A stretch of 62,903 nucleotides of DNA, filler included, from Reclinomonas americana ATCC 50394 (taxonomy: Eukaryota): NCBI GenBank assembly GCA_048213135.1. It is 22 parts of 22 records of this genome, joined end to end, with 100 filler letters (N's around TTAATTAATTAA, not from the genome) between each part and the next. Parts side by side here need not be neighbours in the genome. Positions count along the whole stretch, not along the records: positions 34,032 to 37,117 come from AFZH01021791.1; positions 37,218 to 40,017 come from AFZH01021792.1; positions 40,118 to 41,450 come from AFZH01021793.1; positions 41,551 to 45,818 come from AFZH01021794.1; positions 45,919 to 47,886 come from AFZH01021798.1; positions 47,987 to 50,121 come from AFZH01021801.1; positions 50,222 to 51,338 come from AFZH01021803.1; positions 51,439 to 53,068 come from AFZH01021804.1; 14 more parts are not named here. One strand, written 5' to 3'. Shown here one piece after another: positions 36,329-58,229 of the stretch. The stretch's first letter is position 1; each line of letters starts with the position of its first letter. The notes below the pieces were generated by a model, which saw only the letters and a program-made list of their open reading frames with translations, had not been told where the DNA came from and ran no database searches. The translations under genes were made by a program, and so were the position numbers.

Positions 36329-36518
36329 TAATCAACGGGATGATGGTCACCACATACAAATCCGACATTTTCGACTGTTGTTTCTCGCCGTTTCCGTGAT
36401 GTCAGAAAGAGTTTCTGGTGCCCACTCAAGATGGTGATCTTCATGCAGCTGTGTTGTTCCATAAACGGCGGTTTCTACTCTCTCTTCTCCTTTTTTTTTG
36501 CTGCAACCACTAACTACT

Positions 36519-45336
<8,818 letters not shown>

Positions 45337-45419
45337 TGCCGCACAACCAACAGTGAGGACAGACACGCTCGCGCCTTCTTCGCGCGCAAAACATAAAATC
45401 ACAGCAAACCCTGTTGGAA

Positions 45420-45804
45420 ATGTGGCGCGACGACGACGATCTTGCTGCTGTGTGGCGCCCGGGTGCGCCCAGTGGCATTGGTGCTGGTCTGTGCATGCAT
45501 ATGCACATGTTTCTCTTTGTTGGTCTTCTGAACACTTTTTGCTCTCACTCTCCTCCTCTCCCTTCCTCTCTTTCCCCCTCTCCTCCTCCTCTCTCTCCTC
45601 CGTGCAGGTATCGGTGGTGCGCGCGTCGGCTCGTCGGTTGGTGACATTGAGGGATTTGACATGCACGAAGACGATGAGCGGGAGACGCGACACCAGGCAG
45701 CGCGATTAATGCGCACTGCGTGGCGCAATGAGCGGTGTGCGCCTGAGCTGTTGCCGTACCAGGCCATCCTCGTCGACATTCTGCGTGGTCACATTGAGAA
45801 GATG
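45420..45804 (+). CDS. SLD5: GINS complex subunit SLD5 (GINS4), 5' part
   Basis: LMRTAWRNERCAPELLPYQAILVD...HIEKM matches the Sld5 N-terminal W.NE..APELLPY motif. Donor GTGAGA at 45805. Confidence 0.85.
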
Positions 45805-45920
45805 GTGAGAGGAGAGGGNNNNNNNNNNNNNNNNNNNNNNNNNNNNNNNNNNNNNNNNNNNNTTAATTAATTAANNNNNNNNNNNNNNNNNNNNNNNNNN
45901 NNNNNNNNNNNNNNNNNNAC

Positions 45921-46691
45921 CGTGGCCGGCTGCTATTCGGTGGATGTACCGATGGCACGTTCCGCGTGTGGCAGGCGGCAACTGGCCAGCAGGTAGACAA
46001 GTGGCGGGTGCCGTCATACTCGCGCGGCCACATCACCTCGCTGCACTTGTCGCGCGACGAGCGTACACTGGTGGCGACGGCCGGCGACAACACCGTGCTC
46101 CAGTGGCATCGCTCATCGGCGGACTCCAGCTTTGCCAGTCGACCACCACGAGACATTCGCGGCCACACCGGAGTGGTGGAGAGCGTCACCATGACCCCAG
46201 ACGACCGCTTCATCATCAGCGCCAGCCGCGACGAGACGGTCCGTGTGTGGACAACCGACGGCGGATCGCCGAAAGAGGTGCGTCGCGTGACTGTACACGA
46301 CACAGCGCACGTGCAACACGTCGCCGTGGTATCCACACACGCCAACGACATGCGCGTGGTCAGCACCGGCGACGACGGATCCATTCGCGTGTGGTCGCTG
46401 CATGACGACACCTCCCTCGTGCACCGCTGGAAGCGTGCACCGCCCACCTCCGACAATCCCCTAGCAGCATTCACCGCCGACGGTCAGCACATGATCGACG
46501 CCGTTCCCTGCTCCGTCAGCCGCGGAGTGCTCCTCCGCGTGTGGTCTCTCACCACTGGCCGTCCCGTGCGCTTCTTCGTCGCACAGTGCGACGCCGCTGT
46601 GACGAGTCTACGCGTGCTCACTGCGCCACACAACGGAGGCACGCAGGTGTTTGTCGGCTGCGACGATGGCTCAGTGCATTGGTGGCAATGA
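45921..46691 (+). CDS. WD40-repeat protein, C-terminal part (divergent repeats)
   Basis: GHTGVVESVTMTPDDRFIISASRDETVRVW, STGDDGSIRVW, VGCDDGSVHWW, then stop. Confidence 0.85.
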   Translation, partial: RGRLLFGGCTDGTFRVWQAATGQQVDKWRVPSYSRGHITSLHLSRDERTLVATAGDNTVLQWHRSSADSSFASRPPRDIRGHTGVVESVTMTPDDRFIISASRDETVRVWTTDGGSPKEVRRVTVHDTAHVQHVAVVSTHANDMRVVSTGDDGSIRVWSLHDDTSLVHRWKRAPPTSDNPLAAFTADGQHMIDAVPCSVSRGVLLRVWSLTTGRPVRFFVAQCDAAVTSLRVLTAPHNGGTQVFVGCDDGSVHWWQ

Positions 46692-46739
46692 GCGTGAGAG
46701 GACAGTGAATCGAAAGTTTTTTTGTAACTCGCGGCACGA

Positions 46740-47870
46740 ATGATGGACACGAGTGGAAGTGGCGGTGGCGGTGGCGGTGGCGGGGGAGGAGGCCGCTCAA
46801 GAGGGCGAGGTGCGTGAGCGAGCGCGAGAAGAAGAAGAATGCAGTGGACGATTCATGCATTGCACCATGCGGCGACTTCTATCTATCGCTGTCTCTCTCC
46901 ATGCATCCACATGTGCATGCTCACTGTGGAGCGTATGTGCACAGGTCGCGGTGGTCGTGGACGCGGTGGAGGTGGCGGTCGCGGTGGACGTGGTCGCGGA
47001 GGTGACGGCTACCATGGAGGAGGTGGCGGCGGTGGCTTTGGTGGTGGTGGTGGAGGAGGAGGAGATGTTGGTATGCAGGGCATGGGTGGTGGTGGTGGTG
47101 GTGGCGGTCGCGGGGCTGGTGGTGGCGGTGGCGCGGGCGGTGGAGGGAGATGGGGCATGGCATACGGAGGCGGAGGCGGAGGAGGCGGCGGCGATGGAGG
47201 GAGAGGCGGAGGACAAGTCACGCAGGGTGGAGGTTGCGTTGTTGTGCATGCTGCTGCTGCTGCTGTGTGTGAGAGAGTGATTGATTGACTGTGTGCGTGT
47301 GTGTGTAGCGGCTTATGGAGCGCGGCGGTCGGGACGGAGAGGTGGGCGTGGTGGCGGTGGAGGCTATGATGGTGGTGGTGGCGGCGGTGGCGGTGGTGGT
47401 GGTATGATGCTTGATGGTCGGCCACCTCGTGGTGGTCGTGGTCGCGGTGGCGGGATGCAGTTGCGGTCCAGCTTTGGCAACATTCCGCAGGGCGCAGCGG
47501 TTGTCTCGGCGCCGACTATCTTTGTTGCGTGGGCAGTCTCTCTCTCTCTCTCTTTGTGTGTGTGGGTATGTGCTGAGTGGGGAGAGATACGTGCGTGCAG
47601 GTCAAGGCGACCAGAGGCGATTTCAGTGGGGTCTCGTCGGCTGTGGATCTCGTCGAGTACATGCGATCGCAGTCGACAGCTCCCTGGTCGTATCACAATG
47701 TTGCGTGCAGGTGTTGTGTGGGAGATGATGCTGGCAGTGTGATGACTGGGAAGAGCGTTTGCAGGCCAAGTTCTTGGCCAATGGGCACACGATGGTGATT
47801 GACCTGGCGAATCCGGCCGATGCGTCGACGGTCTTGGCGCTCACCGGCCTCTCGTACGGCGGATTGACGG
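46740..47870 (+). CDS. Gly/RGG-rich RNA-binding protein followed by a non-canonical RRM-like domain; possibly Mex67/NXF1 N-terminus, partial
   Basis: MMDTSGSGGG..RGRGGRGRGG exons, then VKATRGDF...DLVEYMRSQ...MVIDLANPADASTVLALTGLSYGG, reminiscent of the Mex67 RNA-binding domain. The LRR and NTF2 parts are not visible. Confidence 0.45.
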
Positions 47871-47986
47871 TGTGTGTGTGTGTGTGNNNNNNNNNNNNNN
47901 NNNNNNNNNNNNNNNNNNNNNNNNNNNNNNTTAATTAATTAANNNNNNNNNNNNNNNNNNNNNNNNNNNNNNNNNNNNNNNNNNNN

Positions 47987-48205
<219 letters not shown>

Positions 48206-48216
48206 TATCCAACTCA

Positions 48217-50090
48217 CCGCTCGGGGAGGCGTATCCGATGGCGCACTCGCATCAAAGGACGTTGCCGTCACACGCATTCTTGCACTAGGCGAGACACCAA
48301 ACGGCGTTCCTTGTCCACCAACAATATCACCTCGGAGACCGCGATTCGTGGCTGCTGGAGGCACGCGCGCCGCCGCAACAATAGAGGGGCGCGGTGGCCG
48401 TGGAGCCTCACCCTGCTGAATGAGCGGATTGTGGTCGACTGATGCCGACGATGGTGCGTCGCCGGCCACCGACGAAGTCACACTGGGCGAGTGACGAGAT
48501 GGCACCGCAGCCGCGGTCGCCGTGGGCTGGATCAGTGGATTGCCAAAGTGCGGCCCCTGCACCGACTTGCGGCGGTCGAAAAACAGCACATCCTGCTCTG
48601 GTGCATCAATGGCGGCCTTGGACGCCCGAGGCGGCGTCGGTGGCTGCGGCGCACCACGCTGCCAGCGAGCAGAGCCATCGGTGGCGCTGTCGTCATCGGC
48701 GGTGGCTGCCGACGCGGTCATCGTCGTCGTCGTCGTACCCCCAGCAGCAGCGGCGGCGGGCGGCTCACCACCACCACCGTAGGATGCATCCATGTCCCCA
48801 CCGCCTGGACTGCCACCGTATCGCCACGCATCCTGGGCGTGCAGTCGAGCCAGCGTTTGCTCCACACCGAAATTCGACGACGCAGCATCGCTGACCGACA
48901 TGGTCGACGCTCGCGAATCAATGTCCGCACTGCAACGCAATGCGTGAATAACACAGCGCACAGAAAGAGAAAGAAGAGAGAGAGGGAGCAAGCGACTCAC
49001 CCTGCCATGGCCGATTGGTGATGGTGCACGTGGGCGCGCAGCGTGTCGCGCACCGGCTGGTGAGTGAGAATGTGATGCGGCAGGCGATTGGCGACTCCGT
49101 GCTGCGGAACACGGCTGGCTGCGTGGCCGCCGACCACTGGCATGCGCGGATGCGTGGTGGGGTCACCGATCGGGAAGCCACCGTGTTGTGTCAGTGGCTT
49201 GGGTGCGGTGCGATAAATGGCATCCATGTCCGACTCATAAGCCGTCTGTGCCAGCGCGTCGATTTCCTGCGCAAGGTCGCGCGTGTGCCGCCTGTTGGTG
49301 GTGGCCAGCAAATGCGGATGGGTGATGGACGCTGCGCACGACAGAGAGTCAGCAACCAAACTTGAACATACTTGCAAGATCCACCCTCGTGAAAACGCAA
49401 CTGGTCAAGTGCATGGCTGCTCGCTCATTCACCGCCAGCGCCTCATTCGTCACAATATTGTAGCCGTGTATGATGTGCTCCTCGTCACGTGCAGCATGCG
49501 TCCGGTTGGCTGCTCGCTCCATCTCTCTGCGCAACGCAACGCAACGCACCGAGTCAGCAAGACAGTCGCTCACGCACAGTAACGAGCCCTCGGTACTCAA
49601 CAGCTGATGGTGCTCCTCACTCTTGTGCTTGTAGCCCTCGGCAACCTCCATCATCTCGGCGCGCTTGCGAACGCGGGCGTTGGTGAGGTTGGTGCGCTGG
49701 AGATCGTCGAAGCGCGACTCGTCCTTGACATCGTTGCTGACGACATTGTAGGCCATGCCCTCGCTCTTCTGCGCCGCCGGCGGCAACGTATCGTAACAAT
49801 GTTCTCGCACGCGCTCCGCTTTCGCCGCCGTCTCCGCCTCCACCGCCATGTCCACGTTGGGATTGTAGTACTTTTGTGTAAGCGGATCAAACACGCGTGC
49901 CCGCCAGAACGCATCCATGGCATCGTCCACAGTCTGCTCCCAGTCGGCTTGCGCCTTGCGCAAGTGGTCCACCTTGTACTCGTTGGTCACCAGGTTGTGA
50001 TCCAGCCGATCATTGTACTTGGAGTACTTGCGTCCCTTTTGCGCCCACGTGACATCCGGCGGTCGTCGCGACGGCTCCACCGCCTGTACC
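48217..50090 (-). CDS. Uncharacterised multi-exon protein with recurring (H/Y)N(L/V/I)V(T/S)N motifs, partial
   Basis: HNLVTNEY, FDPLTQKYY, EGMAYNVVSN, HGYNIVTN; canonical short introns. Confidence 0.6.
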
Positions 50091-50222
50091 AGCGTGATGA
50101 GAGACAGATGGCGCGGGGAAGNNNNNNNNNNNNNNNNNNNNNNNNNNNNNNNNNNNNNNNNNNNNTTAATTAATTAANNNNNNNNNNNNNNNNNNNNNNN
50201 NNNNNNNNNNNNNNNNNNNNNA

Positions 50223-53009
50223 ATGTCTTCCGAGGGAGGCAGCAGCAGCACGCGTCGCCGCGGTGGCGACGGCGACGATGCTGGCGATCGTGGTGATCGT
50301 GGTGAGCGTCGTCGCAGTGGCGGCGGCGGCGGCGGTGATGGGGATGGTCGTGATGCATCAGGAGATGGCCTCGCCCACGCCGGCGACAAGCGGCAACGCG
50401 AGAAGCGTCGTGCGGCCTCTGTCAGCAGCAGTGGCAGCAGCAGCAGCAGCAGTGGAGGTAGTCGGTCAAGTTGCGTGTCTGGGGACATGTCCACCTGGCC
50501 ACTTGTGTGTTTCGCGCGCGCTCATCCCCTCCTCTCTCTCTCTCTCTCCTCTGCCAGAGCACCGCCGCCGTCGGCATCGACGTCGCGGCGCCTCGTCCTC
50601 GTCATCCTCGTCGTCCAGCTCAGAAGACGACCGCCGTCGCAGCAGCAGCAGCAGGAAGCATGCACCACCACCCAGCAGAGTTGCATTCGCACTTGTCTTG
50701 TGCGCTGCCTTTGTTGTGACTTATTGTGTGTGTGTGCGTGTGCAGTCGGATCACAGTGGTCGATCACCACCAGACCGCGGCAATCGACCAGTGGTGCATG
50801 ACTGGGGCACAGAGGTGGATTATGATCTGGAGAGACGAAGGGAACGTGAGCGGCAGATGCGTGAGCGTGCTTCCGCGGCGGGATCATCGAGTCGACGTGG
50901 TGGTGGTGGTGGTGGTCGTGGCGACGAAGATGATGGGGAGCGTGAGGAGGACTGGGAACCGAAGCCACGAACTGCGGCAGCGGCGACATCGACAGCAGCG
51001 CCGCCGCCGATGACGCAGGAGGAGATCAATGCGCTGATGCAAAAGTTCCGCACGGGTGGCGTCTACATCCCGCCGGCCAAGCTGGCCATGTTGAAGCAGC
51101 ACATCACGGACAAGTCGTCGAACGAGTACCAGCGCATGACGTGGGATGCACTGAAGAAGAGCATCAACGGTCTGGTCAACAAGATCAATGTCGCCAACAT
51201 CAAGAACATCATTCCCGAGCTGTTCCACGAGAACCTCATTCGTGGACGTGGTCTCTTTTGCCGCTCCATCATGAAGGCGCAAGGTAACTCGGGCGTCGCG
51301 CCCGGCGGAGAGGAAGAGCAACGAGTTGTCTGACACTCNNNNNNNNNNNNNNNNNNNNNNNNNNNNNNNNNNNNNNNNNNNNTTAATTAATTAANNNNNN
51401 NNNNNNNNNNNNNNNNNNNNNNNNNNNNNNNNNNNNNNCTACGCTCTGGCTGTGTTGGCGGCTCACGATGCAATGCGATGACAGCAATTTTCGAGCGCTT
51501 CCGCAGCATTCTGCACGAGGGCGAGATCGACAAGCGTGTACAGTATCTGATTGAGGCACTGTTTGCGGTGCGCAAGAAGGAGTTTGCCGAGCATCCGGGT
51601 GTGCTGCCGTCGTTGGATTTGGTCGAGGCCGACGATCAGATCACTCACGAGCCGTCATTGGAGGATGATTTGGATCTGGGCGAGTCTAATGGTTTGTATG
51701 TTTGCATTGGAGTGGATAGCTGCTTTCCTCCTCACACACTCATGTGCGCGTCGCGGTGCAGATTACTTCCGCTTCGATCCGGATTACGAGGAGAATGAGG
51801 AAAAGTACGGCGAGATCCGCAAGGAGATCCTGGGTGACGACGATGTCGACGATGCTGTGATGTATGAGTCGGAGGAGACGGATGATGAAGAAGAGGGTGC
51901 GATCGGGTTTATGTGGGTGTGCAGGTGCGCTGGCTCAGGTGCTCATCTGTCCGTGCAGAGAGAGCCAAGCAGGAGATTCGAGACAAGACCGAGCAAGACA
52001 TGGTCAACTTCCGTCGCCAAGTGTACCTCACCATCATGTCGAGTGTGGACTTTGAGGAGTGTGCACACAAGTTGCTGAAGTTCCAGATCAAGGAAGGTTG
52101 GTGTTGTTGTGTTCGTGTCTTTCGTCCCCCCTCGCACGCTCAACAAATATGTGCGCCGTGAGCAGGAATGGAAAAGGACATGGCGGAGATGGTTGTCGAA
52201 TGCTGCTGCCAAGAGCGCACATTCTTGCGCTTCTACGGACTGCTGGGACAGCGCTTCTGCAACCTCAATGCGGCCTACCAGGAGGCGTTTGATGATTTGT
52301 TTGCACGACAGTACGAGTCGGTGCATCGCTTGGAGACGAACAAGCTGCGCAACGTGTCGAAGCTGTTTGGCCACTTGCTGTACACGGACGCCATGCCGTG
52401 GAGCGTGATGCAGTACATTACACTCAGCGAGGAGGCCACCACCAGTTCGAGCCGTATCTTCATCAAGTATCTCTTCCAAGGTGAGGGCCACTCGGATGAT
52501 TTTTGTTTTCGGAGTGCCGCTGACGATGTTGTTGTTGTTGTAGATCTTGCGGAGCACATGGGTCTGGCGAAGCTCAATGCGCGTCTCAAGGATCCCACGA
52601 TGCAGCCGTTCTTTTCGACGCTGTTCCCGCGCCAGAACCCTCGCGACACGCGTTTTGCCATTAATTTTTTCACTGCCATTGGTCTTGGCGCGCTCACGTG
52701 AGTTTGTGTGGGGGACGGTGGTGTGGATGACGGTGTTTCCTCACTCGGAGTGTTTTGTAGTGACGACCTGCGCGAGTTCTTGAAGAATGCACCGAAGCAA
52801 ATCATGGAGGACGACGACTCGTCGTCGAGTGACTCGGACAGCAGCAGCGACGATAGCAGTAGCGATGACAGTGATTCGTCATCATCCTCGTTGCGTGCCC
52901 AGTGCGTCCTCTCTCTTTTTGATGCGCAGTAGTAGCGCGCTCACTGGCTGTTTTTGATAGATCGTCGGATTCAGATTCACCGCCGCCGCGCAAACGCAGA
53001 AAGAAGTAA
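50223..53009 (+). CDS. CWC22: Pre-mRNA splicing factor CWC22 (MIF4G plus MA3), spans a gap
   Basis: [89 protein letters not shown]. Confidence 0.97.
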
Positions 53010-53496
53010 TGTAGGTGATAGAAAAGCGAGGGTTGGAGGGTCGCAGCCAGGCGGGGTGGAAAATGAAANNNNNNNNNNNNNNNNNNNNNNNNNNNNNNNN
53101 NNNNNNNNNNNNTTAATTAATTAANNNNNNNNNNNNNNNNNNNNNNNNNNNNNNNNNNNNNNNNNNNNCGTGCGGCCTTTGTCGAGTGCGTGCAGCTGTG
53201 TGTCGAGGCCGCCAACGAGGCCGCGAGTATGCGACGACTCGAGGAGAGGATACGCACGCTGAAGAGCCAACTGAAGCAGTGACACAGCTATTCTTATTTC
53301 TTACACACTTGTTTGGTTCTTTTACAACACGTTTCACAAAAACAAGCGCACACACCAACACAAAAAAAAAAGAAACAAGCAGACACACCACGAGCAAAAG
53401 TCTGCCTTCTCACTATTTTTTCGCTTCCCCAGAGAAAAAAACTCAACAAACAACACCTGGGGGAACAGGAAGAAAAGGAGAGAAAAGAAAGGAAGC

Positions 53497-54866
53497 TCAG
53501 CCAAAGTACCTGTTCATGTAGGTCACCATGGCCACGTCGCGTGTGCCCTTGGGCTCGTAGAACCTCGGCAGCTTGGAGAAGCTGGTGCCGTTGCGCGTCC
53601 GCGACGACGATCGCGATCGCGACGTGGCATCGACCTTGCAATCCGACGACCACACCTCCGGTCGCTCCCGCTTATCCGCCAAGTCGGTATCGCGCGGCGT
53701 GCGCGATCCAAACGCCTGACTGCTCTTCCTCGGCGTCATCTTGTTGCTCGACGCCGGCGTATGCGCATGCTCCGCGCGCGGATTCGACGAGTCACGTCGC
53801 TTCTGCACATTGGCCGCCGTCGCGCGCGCATACAGACGATCCCACACCTGCGGGTCGCCTGCCCGTCCATCCGAGCGCGCCGACAATGGCCGCCCACGCG
53901 GAGTGGTGCTCGCGGACGTGGCCGACGCCGGTCGCTTCAGCGGCGACTGGCTCGCCGAGGCCGACGCACCTCCACCGCCTCCCGCCGCCGCGCCCTTTGG
54001 CGGCAACTTTTGCGGCGAGTCCATCGGCAACGGTCGCCGCAACGGCGCCACTGCTCGCTTCGAGTCGGCGCGCGTCACCTGCCCGCGAATGTTGCTGTTG
54101 AAGGTGCTGGTCTGGAAGGTGTCGAGCGACACGGCCTCGTGTCCCGGGCCCGGCACATGCTTTCGCGCGGCAGCCTCCTCGTCGACAAAGCTCCGACGCC
54201 GTGTGTCGACTCCAAATGGCGACTTTTGCTGCCTCGCGGCCGTCGGCTGGTACTCGCCATCATACGACAGCTCGGGGCACACTATTACATATGTAACGAA
54301 AAAAAGCGTTAGCGCCCGGAATCGTCGAAAACGGACATGAAGAGCACCAATCTCGGGGGAATCATCGCACATGCTCACACTCGACAACACACACACACAG
54401 CGACACACTCAACAGGCGATACACGGGCAGAGTGACAGAGGGAGGGAGAGAGGGGAGGGCATGCAACCGCAATTTGCGTGCCAGACGCGTGCCTATACTT
54501 GTTTCTCTCTTGCCACTCACCACTCTCAATCTTGGCAAAGATGGTGGGTGCTGCGGCGCCTCCAAAGGTGCCTACTGGTCGCGACGGGGGCAGGTCGCGG
54601 GACGAAGGGGTGCGGCTGATGGCGCTGTGTCCCGAGGTGGTTGATCGCGGAGTGGCCGTCGATCGTGGTGTGGTGGCCTGTCCCGCCAGCTGTGCGCTGC
54701 GCGGGGTCATGGTGCCGGCCGCGCTGCGTGGAGTGTGACTGGTGGGGCCGCTGCCGCTGTGCGCCTGTGCAGGCTGCGGGGGGAGCGGAGGCCGCGAGGG
54801 CGAGTGGCGAGGCGAGGCCACACTGATTGGCCGTGGGGACTTGGAGGGTGGAGGTGCTGACGACAT
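53497..54866 (-). CDS. Low-complexity S/T-P-R-rich protein with one PGPG motif; uncharacterised
   Basis: Two long minus-strand ORFs (54375-54866 and 53497-54408), probably joined by splicing. Repeated TPR/SPR tripeptides and VPGPGH. Confidence 0.55.
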
Positions 54867-55044
54867 TGGGAAAGCGATGTGTGATTCTTCTTCTGCTTCT
54901 CACGCTCTTCTTCCACTCTCCGAGGATGTGATCTCAAACTTTGCAAAAAAACACGGTTTTTCCCGTCCAAAAGCATGCAATCCGTCCTTTTTCATCTTTT
55001 ACTCCGCTCGATCATTGTCGGCTGCCCTGCTCCTGGCTGCCCTT

Positions 55045-58000
55045 TCAGAAGTACGGCTGCAATTCCACGTCCTTCTTGGCCAGCTCCAGCAGCATGGGGT
55101 CGTCGAAGAATTTGTTGATGCTCACATCGTCGCTCATGCCCTGCACCGATACATCGTGTCAGATCGATTGGTTCCCACTGTGCCGTTTCTTTTCCGCCTC
55201 TCTCCTTCTCACTCACCTTTCGTCGACGAGTCTTGACCATAAAGTCGCGTGCCAGCGCCGGTGCCGGGCTCGGCTCCAGCGGGCGCAGAATAATGTTCTT
55301 GTCCAGCGGGTCACCAGGCACCACCGACCAGTGATCAAATGTTGACTGCGCGGGCGGACGAGACAATGAGGCCCAATCGATCCATAACGACACACACACA
55401 CCCACACACACATGCGGCGGCAACGTACCTGGCAGAACGCTTGTCCTTGCGTGTGCACGCGGATATCGGTCTCCAGTCCGAACGAGTCGATCACCGGCAC
55501 GTATGCGTGCATGGTGTACAGCGGCGAGCCGGGCTTCGGCTGGTCGCTGACCACGTGTCCACGACGCCGCTGCAGCACCGTGGTGATGGAGGGCACGCAG
55601 TCCACGGGGCACTCAATTTCGACATAGTACATCGGCTCCATCAGACGCGGCGTGGCCATCAGGAACGCCGAGTAGCACACGCGGCGTGCCGTGGGAATAA
55701 TCTGACCGCCACTGCGATAAATCGGCTCCTGGGCAATGGACGCGTCCAGGATCTTGAACTTGGCACCACGGATGGCTGCGCGCAGAACACAGCATGTCAG
55801 CGACACTACGGGCGCCACACTTTTATCCTACACACACCCCTCAACGCAACGTTCTTCACACAGGGGTCCCTCGCGCGTGGCCCACTGGAAGCCTTGCACG
55901 ATCGAATCGCGCACACCAAACAGCAGCTTCTTGTCGACCTCCGACGGCAGTGTGTCGTCCAGCAGGATGTTGGGCCCTCGTGAGTCGGGCCCGAATGCCC
56001 AGATGGAGCGCGCCGCCAAAATGTCCCACCCGTACTTGGGTTGCTGGAAGAAATCGGCCAGCGTCTTGCGGTCCCAGTTGAGATCCACGAGACCCGTCTC
56101 AATCTCCAGATCGAGTCCCTTTTCCAGTGGTTCCGCAATCATCGTCAGCTTGTTCCTGCGAAACAGAGAGAGAGAGAGAGTCGATGAGTTCATCACGTCG
56201 AATGAATGTCTACACAAACAAAACACAACTTCTTGTTGGGGGTCTCGGCAAAGCACTTGAGCGACGACGTGTCGGCCACAGTCTCGCAGAACGACACGAT
56301 CGGGTCGGCGACCTTGACCTCGATGTCCGAGTACAAGCGACGCAAATCGTGCAGCACGGCATCGAGGTACAACTCGCCGGCACCAAACAGCACGTGCTCG
56401 CCACTCTCCTCGGCCTTGGTGTGCGCCATCGGGTAGCTCTTGCTGACCTTGCGCAGGCCGTCGAGCATTCTTGGCAATTCGGACGGATTCAGCGGCTCAA
56501 TGGCCACCTTGACCACAGACAGCGAGTTGAATTTCAGCGGTCGGAAAATGTGCAGCTCCTCCGTCGCCGACGCCGACACCACCGTCGCCGTCTTCATGAT
56601 GGTCGGGTCGATGCCCTCCAGCAGAACCCAGTTGCCGGCAGGAACACGCGCCACTTCGATGCGGTATCTGCGCGCACAAGGTTGAGGGACACACACACAC
56701 ACACACGACGTGCTCTCCATAGCGAACCGTGCTTCGTAGATCCACACTTTTGAGATGGTGGCCACCGCCATGTCCTCCTCATCAAAGCTCGAGTACGCCT
56801 CTCCCAGCACCTTGACACGCTCGCCGAGACGCGCCGTGCCACTCATCACGCGACCGAGTGCGTCGAATGTTGAGCAGTCGGGCTTGTGATACAGCTTGGT
56901 GATGTTGATGACCAGCGGCCCGGCAGGATCCACTCGTGCCATGGATTGCGCAAAGTCACCATCAAGCGGGCCAGTCCACGTATTGAGCACCTTGGCCGGT
57001 GCACCCACCTCGGGTGACGGCAAGTGGTGCACCATGGTGTCCACGAAACCATTCGGCTGCAAGCAACAACACAACAAAAAGGGTGTGAGAGAGCAGGTAC
57101 ACAGACAGCTGTCAGAAGTGTCACGCACCTCCTGGAAGAACGCCTGCAACACGTGTCGCAACAGCGGCTGCACGTCCTCCTTCAGTTGCGAGTTGCGCAG
57201 ACGCACGCCAATCGAGTCGAGAGTGGTCTTCAACGTGGCCGGCTCCTCGCCGAGCACCTGACTGTACAACTTGTAGATCGGCTCCATCACAAACTGCACA
57301 AATGTGCGCTCGGAGCCCTCTCCACTCGGTGCCTTGCCCACAAAGCCGCGTGTCTCCGCATCGAACCACACATCGCCCCACAATCGTCGCACAAACCTCG
57401 CCAGGTCAAAGTCCACACCTGTGAAAAAAGAACAAGTGAGACTCTCACTTCCACGATGCCTCTCCTCTTCTTCTTCCTTCACTCACCAAACATGTCGACG
57501 TAGATGCGTGCAAACGACGGCAGCGTAAACGACCAGCCGTGCAGACCCGAAGCGAAAATGACATTGCCACGCTCGGGCGACAGGTACATGGCCGAGGCGC
57601 GTGTGGGCGCCAGCTGTGCCACCAACGAGTTCACCTCCTCAATCGTGTGTCGCAGCTTGTGGTAGGCGTCGCGCGGCGGGATCTTCAATTCGCAAATCAG
57701 CCGGTCCACCTTGTTGATGGCCAGCACGATCGGGATGTCCTCCTGCAGCGCCTGCCGAATGCACCGCCGTGTCGTGTTCATCACACCCTCGACGGCGTCG
57801 ACCACCACCACCGCACCGTCGCACAGTCGCAGTGAGGCGGTGACCTCGTCCATAAAGTTGGCGTGGCCGGGTGTGTCGATAATGTTCATGAGGAACGACT
57901 TGTTGCGCAAATCCTGCAGCACCAGCGTCATCGGCATGCACTTGATGCCGAGACCGCGTTGCTGCTCATCCACGCGTGTATCCGTGTAGCGCAGCTGTGC

Positions 58001-58127
58001 GCAGGGAGGAGAAGCACGATGTGTGGCGAGTGAGTGGTGGCGCGATGATGCGGGAGGTGCAATGGGAACCAACCTGCTCGGCCGCCTCACGATCGGTGAC
58101 ATGCGTGTGTCGCACCAGCAGATCCAT
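55045..58127 (-). CDS. SNU114: U5 snRNP GTPase SNU114/EFTUD2, 5' end in gap
   Basis: [86 protein letters not shown]; all introns checked are GT-AG. Confidence 0.98.
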
Positions 58128-58229
58128 NNNNNNNNNNNNNNNNNNNNNNNNNNNNNNNNNNNNNNNNNNNNTTAATTAATTAANNNNNNNNNNNNNNNNN
58201 NNNNNNNNNNNNNNNNNNNNNNNNNNNGT

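Larger units (their letters stand above)
31543..36382. repeat. Tandem duplication of the HNH gene plus retroelement remnant (31543-33931 vs 34032-~36382)
   Basis: Base-level near-identity across introns, 3' flank and retroelement. Confidence 0.93.

Noticed and set aside
28952..36400. snRNA, SL-RNA or rRNA target site flanking the RLE elements
   Set aside because: No recognisable U2, SL or rRNA sequence by eye at the junctions; an Rfam scan would be needed to exclude it fully.
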